Below, in pieces: positions 51,317-62,499 of a stretch of DNA of 64,000 nucleotides. The position numbers and the translations under genes are program-made. The notes under the pieces are model-generated. The model was given only the letters and a program-made list of their open reading frames with translations, was not told where the DNA came from and made no database searches. The DNA is from Callorhinchus milii (taxonomy: Eukaryota). Each line of letters begins with the position of its first letter. Positions within the stretch are counted from its first letter, which is position 1. The DNA lies in NCBI RefSeq assembly GCF_018977255.1, contig NW_024704742.1, forward strand, positions 10,914,001 to 10,978,000, in the 5' to 3' direction.

Positions 51317-52324
51317 TATCAATACTATTTCATGGTCTATTAGGTGGTGCAATTTTGTGAGGTTCTGAGCAACTTGTGGATTGAAGACCAATTTATTATT
51401 TTTTTTATTTTTTGAAGGAATCATTACCCCTGGAGAAGCCAATCGACTAACAACCATGTTCCTACGTATTGCTAGGTAAACAGAGGCATGTGGAGTAAGA
51501 TTTCAACATTTCGTCCTGCCGGGAATCCAACTCAGGTCCTCTCGTGTTTTGAGGTGACTGCTCTAACCACTGAGCTACAAGTCTCCAGTAAAATAGATAA
51601 CAAGATTGGATCAGATGAAGAAAGCCTTCATCCCAGCCCCTAGCTTGTTTAATTGTTGCTCAAAGCTCATTCTTCAAACAAGAGAATCATTCTCATTGCA
51701 CTTTTCTGCCCTGCCTCTAGGATCTGGACAGTCCCCGCGTGTCACTGTGACCAGAACTGTACACATTACTGTAGGTACAACCTGGCCAGAGCACTGTACG
51801 CGTTGAATTTGACATTTGGGAATACGAACTGAAGTAGTTCAACAAGATGCAAGATATTCATAATGCGTGAGGTGAGAACTTTCAAGATCACGGAGAGAGT
51901 GTTTGCATAATGTTGCCAGGTATCCACATGGGCAAGTTTCCTTACTCCCCACACCTCTGTTTGCCTAGCAGTAAGTAGGAACCCAATTGTTAGTCAATAG
52001 GCGGATTGCACTTTTTGGGTAATAATCCCTTTAAAAAAAAGAAAAATTTGGTTACTTAAATCCATTACTGGTGTGCGCAATTGGCTACTGCTTTTCGACC
52101 CAAAATATATTCTGTGAAGCGCTTTGAGACGTCTCGAAGGCATGATAAGGTGCTATATCAAATGCAAGGATTATTATGTACAGTCCTACACAAATGAACC
52201 CAGATGGTTGAGGCGAGTACAAACAGCTTGATGTTGTGATGTAGGAAAAATAACAGGAATATCTCAAGTTGCTCAGAACCACAAAAATTTGCACCACCTA
52301 ATAGACCATGAAATAGTACTGATA
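51317..52324. repeat. ~60 bp inverted repeat enclosing two oppositely oriented SINE parts
   Basis: 51317-51376 is the reverse complement of 52265-52324; SINE on minus at 51377-51587 and SINE on plus at ~51930-52177. Confidence 0.8.
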
Positions 52325-52826
52325 CTATTAAGTAAAAGAAATGAAAATAATAGAACTAAACACAAAGATTTTTAAAATCCCACAGAGACGGGTACAAATC
52401 AGGCTTTCTTTAAACCACAAAACTCTGTCACAGGTTTCTTTGTTGCCACAATCACTATGTATCGTGTATGACTGTGCTCTTTGTTTCACCTTTACAATCG
52501 AGGCTTTTCCTAGAATGGTATTGCCCTTGCTTCCTTCAACCTTAGACTCATTCAGTTTGTGAAGGGGATACAGTAAATGTTGACTCTTTTCACAGTAAGC
52601 AATGTAAATTGATTTGTTCTTTCACATATTGCTATGAACAAGACTTCAGAGTGTAACTGAGACTATGGAGTTGATGGAAGCAGCAGATAAGACAATTTTT
52701 AAATCGCCATATGATTGAAGTAAATTTAATGCAGTTTCTAAATAGAGCATGATAAACTTAGTTTGAGGAACATCAATTCAATTCCATCCTTTTCCTAAAA
52801 TCACCCTAAAGGTAATTTTGGAAAGC

Positions 52827-53192
52827 AATATAATAATAATAATCCTTGCATTTGCTATAGCGCCTTATATGTCTTTGAGATGTCTCAAAGCGCTTCACAG
52901 AATATACTGTAAAGTGAATTGACTGTATATTTTGTGGGCGAAACGCAGCAGCCAATTGTGCACAGCAGTGTCCCACAAACAGTCGTGGATTGAGTGACCA
53001 CATTATTTATTTATTGGAGGAATTATTATGCCTGGAAAAGCGATCTGCCAATCAACTAACAACTAATTACTGCTAGGTGAACAGAAGCGTGTTGAGTAAG
53101 GAAACTTGCCCAAGATTTCGCCCTGCTTGGAATCGAACCAACGTCCTCTCACTTGCGAGGCGAGTGCTCTAGCCACTGAGCTACAGGACACC
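52827..53192 (-). mobile_element. tRNA-derived SINE, full length
   Basis: Complete reverse-complement copy. Confidence 0.93.
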
Positions 53193-53634
53193 ACGATATC
53201 AACTGTAGCATAAGGTGAGCTTCACATTTTTCTTTCACAATTAAAAATAACTTTGAGACTACAGAAAAAAAACTTTAAATTGGCAATAAATCAGTGGCAG
53301 CCCTGAAACATGACTGTTATTAAAGAGTGAGTCAGAGTCTAGCCTTTGTAACATTTCTGCAAATAGATTCTTCTTCTACTGACTAATCATAGGATGTTTT
53401 ACACCCACATCATGAAGACATTTGATGCTGGTATTAGTATCCCTTTGGTGATGTGTACTCTGATCCTTTCCCCTATAACCTTGAAAACATTTTTTCCCCA
53501 AATATTTATCCAATTCCCTTCTAAATAATGTATGGACTGAACTTCAACATTCATTTTCAATAAAATATTTTATAGCCTTAGCCTCTGTATGAAAAGTATT
53601 CTTCTAATTTTTTTATTCTTGCAATATTCCTTTA

Positions 53635-53925
53635 CAACAACTTGCATTTGTATAGTGCCCCTCATGCAGGGTAGCGTCCCAGAACACTTGACGGTGGTGC
53701 CGAGTTGGGGGAGGTGACCTTTAGCATTGTTGAAGAGGAAGGTCTCATGTTTGGAAGGAGTGGGGGGAAGGGAGAGGGTTTCAGAGTTTCAGGGCATAAT
53801 GGCTGAAAGCGTGGCCACAGATGGTGGAAACAGAGGGCATGAGGGACAGTTAGGAGGCCCGAGCCAGTCGAGTGGGGGCAGTGGGTAGTGGGTTGAGGAG
53901 TAAGTAGGTAGGAGAATTGGGAGGT
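53635..53925 (-). mobile_element. L2 3' fragment, third tail type
   Basis: caacaacttgcatttgtatagtgcccctcatgcagggtagcgtcccag tail plus a degraded L2 body. Confidence 0.75.
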
Positions 53926-55286
53926 GCCAGTGCTTTAGTTTACTATAACAATATAATAATCCTTGCATATTCCATTTGATTGCTGACTCACCTATCTGTG
54001 GAAATAGGTGTCTCTCCATTTACCGTTTCAAAACCATTCCTGATTTTAGCTGTAGATTAAGAAGTGGCTGTACATTAGAGAGCAGGTTTCTAAACTCTGT
54101 TAAATCTATTAAGTCATCAATTCTCCAGTTATCAGCAAACTTCTCAGCATTGGTGAGCAAACCCACCTTATCGCCTGCTGGTCAGTAAATTTTATTGAAT
54201 AATTGAACAAAAGCAGAATAACAGTGGAACATTGTTACACAGATGCAGAAATTAGTTCTGTTTAAAAGAATGTAACATAATGTGTGCTTTGCAACAGCTC
54301 CAATTGCTCCCTTGTTCCCTCACAGATCAGTTGAAGCGCTCTGGGACGCTAACCTGGGCGAAGGACACTATATAAATGCAAATTGTTGTTGTTGTTGTTG
54401 TTGTTTCAAGAACCTCACGTCCACCTGCAAATCGCTACGCATTGTTACTCCTCCCTAACTCTGTGAGCTTCTCCAGTATCACTCTCCTGCTTGCCTATTT
54501 GCTTGTCAAACTCAAGCTGTGTTTCTTTCGTGCCCTCTGTCCAGTCAGCAGCAGCTGAGCCTTCAATCACATTCCTCTACCCTCTGGAACTCCCTCCGTA
54601 AATCTCTCCACCTCTCTCTCCATCCATTCTTTGAAATCTTCCTGAAAACCTACCTCTTTGACTATGGCTATGGTGGCTTCTCCCTCCTCCATCCACTTGT
54701 TCACTATCCAGCACCATCTCTCTGAAGTGCTTTGAGATGCAATTCTAATGTGAAAGACAATGCAAGTTGTTGTACAACCACTAATTCAACACAAAATTGA
54801 TCCATGTGCATTATTTCATTATTGCTGAATAAGATAAACATTTTCCTTTATCACCAGAGGAGCTGGGCTAATTGTGGTGGGGTGTTAAATAATGCAAGTG
54901 AATTCGCTGTTGTTTCTTAGATATCTGCATTTTTCAATCATTTAAAACCAAATTTGGGAAAAAGAAAACGCAAATCATGTTTCTTTAATTGCCTCTTAGC
55001 CATTTATTGAAATTGTGCACTTCTATTGAGCTGATTCCCAAAGGCTTGCAGAAAGAAAGAAAAACATGTTAGATGTCTTTTCCTCTATCAGCACATAGGT
55101 TAGAAACACATTAAAGGAATTAAATACAGCCTAAGTAAGATCTTATTAACAGAAGCAAAACACTGCTATCCTCACTCCTAGCATTAGTTATTAGTACAAT
55201 CCAATTTTTCAGAAATGTATTAATACAGGTTATTGCTATTCTATTACTAATAAGATAGCATGACTTGAATGCTGCTAACTTCTTGT

Positions 55287-55604
55287 GGAGTCCTGTAGCT
55301 CAGTGGTTAGGGCACTCGCTTTGCAAGTGAGAGATCTGGGTTCGATTCCAGGCAGAGGGCGAAACCTTGGGCAAGTTTCCTTACTCCATACGCCCAATAA
55401 TAATCCCTCCAAAAAAACAAAACAATAATAAATTGGTCATTTTGAATCCATGACTGTTTGTGGGACATTGCTGTGCGCAATTGGCTGCCGCGTTCGCCCA
55501 CAAATATACGGTCAATTCACTTTACAGTGTGTTCTGTGAAGCGCTTTGGGACGTCCTCCCGACGTGAAAAGCGCTATATCAAATGCAAGGATTATTATTA
55601 TTAT
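55287..55604 (+). mobile_element. tRNA-derived SINE, deletion subfamily
   Basis: Full head, deletion junction, and an L2-like stem-loop gggacgtcctcccgacgtg. Confidence 0.93.
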
Positions 55605-55626
55605 TTATTCTGTTGAGAATAGAGAA

Positions 55627-55992
55627 CAATAATAATAATCCTTGCATTTGATATCATGTCATTGAAACGTCTCAAAGCGCTTCACAGAATATACTGTAAA
55701 GTGAATTGGCTGTATATTTTGTGGGCGAAACGCAGCAGCCAATTGTGCACAGCAATGTCCACACAAACAATCATGGATTGAGTAACCAATTTATTATTAT
55801 TATTTATTCAAAGGAATTATTAGCTCCAGAAAGCAATGCGCCAATTGACTAAACCATGTTCCTACTTACTGCTAGGTAGACAGAGGCATGTTGCGAAAGG
55901 AAACTTGTCTACGTTTTCACCCTGCCCAGGAATTAAATCCGGGTCCTCTCGCTTGTGAGACGAGCGCTCTAAACACTGAGCTACAGGACTCC
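55627..55992 (-). mobile_element. tRNA-derived SINE, full length, tail-to-tail with the previous copy
   Basis: Complete reverse-complement copy. Confidence 0.93.
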
Positions 55993-56632
55993 CAAGAATA
56001 GAGAGGATGAAAGAATTATCAGGGTAAATAGAGTTATAAAATATTTGAGGATTTGAGAAGGTATAAAGACAAGGCTTGACTATCAAAGGGTAGTTGGGGG
56101 ATTGGAACTTTTTAAAATAGGCTTGATAGGAGTCTACAGGAGATTATGGGATGCATTGGGGAAATAAAAACAATTGTTGCATTAGCAATAAGTAGAAGAT
56201 TACAGAACAGAATTCTCGGAAGGACAGACTAGTCATTTAAAAGAGGCCACAGTGGATGGTTCTAGACACTGAACTGGAGATTTATGGTATCAAGGATGGT
56301 TATGGTTATAATGGATGTGGATGTCAGCGTACTGTAATATAATGTTGTGAGTTTGATTCAAGAAATTCTCAAAGGGCAAACCAGATGATTACCACAGGAT
56401 TTCAGAAAACATAAGGCTTTATTGTAGAACCCTAGGTTTAGAGCCACAATAACCATAGCCTCGAGCCTCCAGTAATGCTCTCTCCTGAGGATGAAGCACA
56501 AAAGGCTTCCTACAATCCACAATCGGACTTTCCACCTCTCACTGAGTCGATGACATGAATGATTCTCCATCACAGCAACAATTAAAGTCACGCGGAATAA
56601 CTTTGAGTCTTGTGGAACTCTTGCACTGTAAC

Positions 56633-56985
56633 AAACAACAACAACAAAATTACATTTATAGAGCAACTTTCACGTCGAGAGGACGTCCCAAAGCTCTGAA
56701 GGAGGCAAGGTAGGAAGCGAGGTGAAGGTACCATGGGATGGAGTTCCAGAGCCTGGGGGCAGGGAGGCTGAAAGCCCGGCCACCAATGGTAGGGCGGGTC
56801 AGGCGGGAGACATGGAGCAGAGGGAGCGGGCAGGTTAGTAGGGAGTCAGCAGGTCAGAGAGGTAGGAGGGGGCAAGTTTTGAATGATCTGCAGCTTGTGA
56901 AGGGAAGAATTGGGAAGGCTGATGAGGAGGAAGTTTACGTAATTGAGCCTTAATGCGACGAATGCATAGATAAGGGTTTCGGGAT
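56633..56985 (-). mobile_element. L2 fragment with internal deletions
   Basis: Minus-strand ETLIYAFVALRLNYVNFLLISLPNSSLHKLQIIQN; (CAA)n tail. Confidence 0.85.
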
Positions 56986-57149
56986 AACAAATGATAACAG
57001 ATGGCTTTAATTTCCTCATTTTATCCATAACCTTTACTCACATTCTCCACAACATAGCAGCACCTTTTCAGAACAGAAGGTTTAAAGTGAGTGCAATTTA
57101 TCACAAACATATACTGTATTAAGATTTCTCCACAATGGAACATGCAATT

Positions 57150-58270
57150 TATTACAATAAGTACTATATATAAAAAAGGAATCAATTGCAGCCCGGACAC
57201 TGGGGCATAATGGGATGTACCTGCCAATTTCAAAGGGAATAAGACAGCAAAGAAATAGAACTCTGATAAATGTCTATCATTAGTGGGAGATATAGACATG
57301 AACTACAAGAAGACTGATGTGATATCAGTTTTTAAGAAAAGATGGATATATAGCCATGAAAACTCTTGGGACTATAGGTTTAAATTCAGCAGTAATGCTT
57401 GAGAACATTCATAATGGGCACAATCAATGATTCTGCATTGAAAATACAAAATTCTCAAAGCGAGACAACGTGCTCTCTAGGAATAGCAGATAATAATAAT
57501 CCTTGTATTTGATATAGCACCTTATCACCTTTGAGAGATGTCTCAAAGCGTTTCACAGGATACACTGAAAAGTGTAGCGACTGTGTATTTTGTGGATGAA
57601 ACACGGCAGCCAATTGCACACACAGTGTCCCACACACAGACGTCGATTGAGTGACCAATTTTTTTTCAAGGGATTATTAACCCTGGAAAGCAATCCAATG
57701 TGAACACATTTATTGACTTGCTCTGAGAAGGCGATTTTGGACCATGGATGTTTGATACCCAATAGACATCATATTTCTTTCAATAACTATTTGACAAGAT
57801 AAAGCATCAGAGGGTTTTAACAAGGGGAAGGGCCCATTGTACAAAAGACAAAGGAAATAAATTGATTGCTATTCAGCTGCACTGAAGCAAGCAGAGGAAG
57901 GTGATGAATAGGCATGCTTCCCTGGGAAAAAATAGTCTGGTACAGTTATATAATTGGTTCTTTGCTCTTTACTGTCTTCTTAAATGGTCTATAGTATCAA
58001 TTGTAAGCAACATTATATCCAAGAGTTGACATTGAGCTATGTGGAAAGGCAATGTACCTGGAGCTAGCAATTGTTGGATTTGGAGAGGCGCAGCCCCTGA
58101 TTTAGCTGTGAAGTAAGTGAATACAAATGAATACATTTCAGTATGGAAAAGATTGATCATGCTTACTCTTTGGATGATTATTTATTGAAGAGTGTTGAGC
58201 AAAGAAGAGATTTCAGACTAGTTATTGACCAGTCATTAAAACAGGCCATATCGTGGGAGATAGTGATCAA
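57150..58270 (+). mobile_element. Ancient, heavily degraded CR1 ORF2 remnant, interrupted by a minus-strand SINE at ~57490-57700
   Basis: Collinear decayed motifs: V..VFKK (57315-57340), DIIF...FDK..HQR (57765-57815), KQR.V.N (57890-57910), YSL...LKSVEQRRDF.LVIDQSLK (ORF 58143). Confidence 0.6.
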
Positions 58271-58417
58271 CAAGACAAGTTGGAAACATTGTATTTTAGT
58301 AATAAGGAACAAACAAGAGGTACCAACAGGTGGAGAGACCAAGCACATAACTGTCTACACCTTCAAATACCTTGCTTTGAAATAACTATCAGATCTATTG
58401 ATACTCCATGCTCCAAT

Positions 58418-58702
58418 TATAATAATAATAATGATCCTTGCATTTGATATAGCGCTTTTCATGTTTTCTAGATGTCTCAACGCGCTTCACAGAATAGACT
58501 GTAAAGTGAATTGACTGTGTATTTGTGGGCGAAATGCGGCAGCCAATTGTGCACAGCAGTGTCCCACAAACAGTCGTGGATTGAAATGACCAATTTTTTT
58601 ATTATTGNTTTTTTTGAGGCATTATTATCAGGCGCGTGGAGTAAGGAAACTTGCCCAAGGTTTCACCCCGTGAATGCTCTAACCACTGAGCTACAGGACT
58701 CC
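58418..58702 (-). mobile_element. tRNA-derived SINE, deletion subfamily, with an extra head deletion
   Basis: Reverse-complement copy with the same deletion junction; lacks the B-box segment. Confidence 0.9.
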
Positions 58703-58834
58703 ACAATAGAAAATCAAGGAGCACATTAAATTATTTGCTTCCTCAAATGTCTTCATTCTTATAAAATATTTTCAAAAACAATTGTTTTTATTAGGAACCT
58801 GGAGAGCAGCATTTCCTATTTGGGAATTTAGTGT

Positions 58835-59120
58835 GTGTCAGTTTGACTCAGATGGTAGCACTCATGCCTCTGAGCCAGAAGGTGTGGGTTCAAATCCATG
58901 TTGGTATTTTGGTATTGGTTTCTCCATGTGTCCTGGCCAACAGTTCTCCAGATAAACTTGACCACTTAGTTCATGGCTACTTGTGAGAGTGCAAAGCACA
59001 AATTGGCTGCTGTATTAGCCCCCAAAATATAGTTACTACACTTATCACTATATCTTGTGATGCACTCTTGTGATGTCCTTCTGATTTAAAAAAAACACTA
59101 CATTAAATGTAAGGAGTTAT
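58835..59120 (+). mobile_element. Deu-domain SINE, degraded
   Basis: gactcagatggtagcactcatgcctctgagccagaaggtgtgggttcaaat head; gtgtcctggccaac. Confidence 0.75.
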
Positions 59121-59579
59121 TAGGTTCTTTTCTTTATCCCAACTGTCTTTCCATGTTGGATCACACTATCACTAGCAGGATCCAATTAAAAATAACAATC
59201 TTTACATTAAATTAGACTTCAACCATTTCTACCTTTTTGTTAATTCATGATTTGCTTCTGTTTAAACACTGAATGTTTCTGGCATGGTTGAATCTATTGT
59301 GTCTGGGAGTTGTAACCAAGGCCAGCAGTGTTAGAAAACTGAATTAACAACAGCAACTTACATTTATATATCAGGTTTCACATAGGATAACTTCTCAAAG
59401 AGATTCACAGAGATGGAATGAGAATCTTAAGCCCCAGTGGGACAAACAAAAGACAAACTGGCTTGTCGAAGGAAACTTAGTGCAATTCCAATTATTTTAC
59501 AATAAAGGTTTTGGGAACTCCAGGCTCTAATATGGGACATGAACCCACGACTGGACATAAGCAAGATTGACACCTATCA

Positions 59580-60024
59580 GTACATTAGAATACATTAGAA
59601 TATGCAGCACAGAAACAGGCCATTCGGTCCAACTGGTCTATGCTGGCGTTTATGCTCCACATGAGCCTCCTCCTGTCCTTTCTCAACTAAGCCTTCAAGC
59701 TTAACTTTCTATTCCTTTCTCCCTCATGTACCTATCTAGCTTACCCTTAAATAAATCTATGCTATTTGCCTCAACAACTCCTTGTGGTAGCAAATTCCAC
59801 ATTCCCACCACTCTCTGTGTAAAGAAGTTTCTTCTGACTTCTTATTTGATATATTGGTGATCTACAGCCCCTGGTTTTGGTCTCCCCACAAGTGGAAACA
59901 TTTTCGCTATATCTACCCTATCAAAACCTTTCATAATTTTAAAGACCTCTATCAGGTCATCCCTTTTCAAGAGAAAGGAGTCCAAGCATGTTCAGCCTTT
60001 CCTGATAGGTATAATCTCTCAGTT
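59580..60024 (-). mobile_element. CR1 LINE 3' fragment, (TTCTAATGTA)n-tailed family
   Basis: (tacattagaa)n tail; reverse-complemented DLIEVFKIMKGFDRV...FPLVGRP and FFTQRVVGMWNLLP. Confidence 0.92.
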
Positions 60025-62490
60025 ACATAAGAACATAAAAACATAAGAAATGCTAGATGAAAAAAGACCAAGGTCCATCTAGTTCGCCTTCCACCTTCCC
60101 AGCGGTCACATGCACATATGTCCCAAACTACCTATGTACTATATCCCACAATGTTATTTCCTAAAAGAAAACTATCTAATCTGTGTTTGAAAGAATCAAC
60201 ACTTCCTGCTTCAACCGTCTACCTAGGGAGCCTGCTCCATAGTTCAATGAAATAGTGTTTGCGTCGATTCATTCTGAATTTACCCCCCTTCAATCTCAGG
60301 CCGTGTCCTCTGGTTTTACTCTTCTTAACAACTTGAAACAGCCTGTCATGATCTATATTGTCTTGCCCATTAGAATCTTAAAGACAGCAATCATATCGCC
60401 TCTCAATATTCTCTTTTCCACCATGAACATAATAATAATCCTTGCATTTGATGTAGCGCTTTTCACGTCTTCTAGATGTCCCAAAATGCTTCACAGAATA
60501 TACTGTAAAGTGAATTGACTGTATATTTGTGGGCGAACGCAGCAGCCAATTGTGCAAAGCAATGTCCCACAAACAGTCGTAGATTGAAAATGACCAATTT
60601 ATTATTGTTTTGTTTTGGAGGGATTATTATTAGGCTCTGTGTGGAGTAAGGAAACTTGCCCAAGGTTTCGCCCTCTGCCTGGAATTGAACTCAGGTCTCT
60701 CACTTGCAAAGCGAGTGCTCTAACCACTGAGCTACAGGACTCCACATGCCCAATTCCAGCTTGAACATGCCCAAACATGCTCCTCGTAGTCCAGTCCTTC
60801 TACTCCCTCGAACATTTTGGTTGCCCTCCTCTGTATCTTCTCGATTTCTCCAATATTCTTTATGTACTGCAGTGACCAGAACTGTACACAGTACTCTACA
60901 TAAGGTCTCACCAATGATTTATACAGTGGCAAGATTACCCCACTATTTCAGCTTCCTATTGATACTTTTTTGATACATCCCAACATCTGGTTTGCTTTAC
61001 TCACTGCCACAGAGCGTTGTTGAGAGAGCTTCAATTTATTGTCAAGCAATAATTTTTATTTTCCATACATAATATTTTCCTTTTGTTCAAATTGTGTAGT
61101 CCCTTCCAGGATTTTTTGTTCCCATGTGAAGTATTTTACATTTCTTCACATTGAATTTCATTTGCCACCGATCTGTCCAATTCTTAAGTATGTTCAAATC
61201 CTCCTGTAACCTATCCTGTTCAGCTTTGCAATCTATCACCTTCATTAGCTTGGTGTGATCTGCAAACTTAGCCACTGTGATTGTGACTCCTACTTCCAGA
61301 TCATTTATAAAAATATTAAACAAAAAAGGTCCCAAAACAGACCGTTGTAGAACTCCACTGATAACATTTTCCCAGTCTGATGACATTCCCTGTATCACCA
61401 TCCTTTGGGTTCTTCTGCTCAACCAATTGCGTATCCACTGTAATATACCTCCACTGATTCCCGCTTTCTTTCATTTCAGTACCAGCCTCTCAAGAGGAAC
61501 TGTATCAAAGGCCTTACTGAAATCCAGATATACAACATCCACAGCCTTACCCTTATCAAGCTCCCTTGACTCACCATTAAAGAAAAGCAGTAAATTAGAT
61601 TGGCAAGACCTTCCCTTCATGAATCCATATTGTCTATTTATGATTTTATTTCTGTCCAGATGCTCCATGATTTTTTCCTTAATAAGATTCTTCATAATTT
61701 TACCCACAATGGATGTCAAATTTACTGGTCTGTGGTGTCCTGGGTCACTTTTGTTAACTTTCTTAAAAATAGGAGTAACAACTGCTTTTCTCCAGTCCCC
61801 CGGGACTTCTCCAGTGTTCAGTGATTTTTGAAAAATTTGTGCCAGTGTTTCTGCGACTTTCTCCCTTAGGTCCTTAAGGATCCTCGGATGCAATTTATCT
61901 GGCCCCTGAGATTTATTTAGTTTATTTACCTTACGTTTACACAGCTGTTGGGCAACCATGCTGGTAGTGATATGAATTGTGTCGCAACTTTTTTTTGCAA
62001 CATCCTTGAGTTCTCTTTCCAGATCAGATAGATTACCCGTCTCCTCCTTGGTAAAGACTGATGCAAAAAACTTATTTAGCACTTTTGCAGCCTGTGCAGC
62101 ATTATTTGTCACATTGTCTCCCAAACCCACCTTCAGTGGCCTTATTCCATTGCTTGTTTTCCTTCTACTTTTAATGTAAATAAAAAATATTTTGTTATTA
62201 TCCCTCACATCTCTTGCCATGTTCAATTAAAAGTTTTCTTTGCCATTCTGATGCCTTTTTGCAGGCCTGGCATCCTTCTGATATCTAGTCCAACTTATTT
62301 CTGTGCTATTTTCCTTCATGGCCTTAATGCTTTGTTTTTCCTCTTTATGATTTGTTTTGTAGCCCCATCCAACCAGGCAGGAGTGCCTTTAAGCTTCTTA
62401 CTTTTGCTTACCATGGGTACACATTGTTCCATTGCCTTCATAATCAGCTCCTTGAAGGAAATCCACAGGTCCTCCACTCCCATTGCCATA
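60025..62490 (-). mobile_element. CR1 LINE, ~2.5 kb 5'-truncated dead copy with RT domain; contains a SINE
   Basis: Broken ORF2: WISFKELI..AMEQCVP; KSQGPDKLHPRILK..GEVPGDWRKAVVTPIFKK..RPVNLTSIVGK..QYGFMKGRSC..VDVVYLDFSKAFDTVP; SGVLQRSVLGPFLFNIFINDL..FADHTKL; LYKSLVRPYVEYCVQFWS; (TTCTTATG)n tail. Confidence 0.97.
60430..60743 (-). mobile_element. tRNA-derived SINE, deletion subfamily, inserted in the CR1
   Basis: Reverse-complement copy; CR1 sequence is continuous on both sides. Confidence 0.93.
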
Positions 62491-62499
62491 TTTAAGCCT

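Noticed and set aside
58608..58608. Single N base
   Set aside because: Assembly ambiguity in a homopolymer within a SINE.
61087..62226. Longest ORFs (251 aa and 111 aa) as a functional reverse transcriptase gene
   Set aside because: These are frameshifted CR1 ORF2 pieces. The catalytic motif reads FADH, there is no endonuclease domain, and a SINE interrupts the 3' part.
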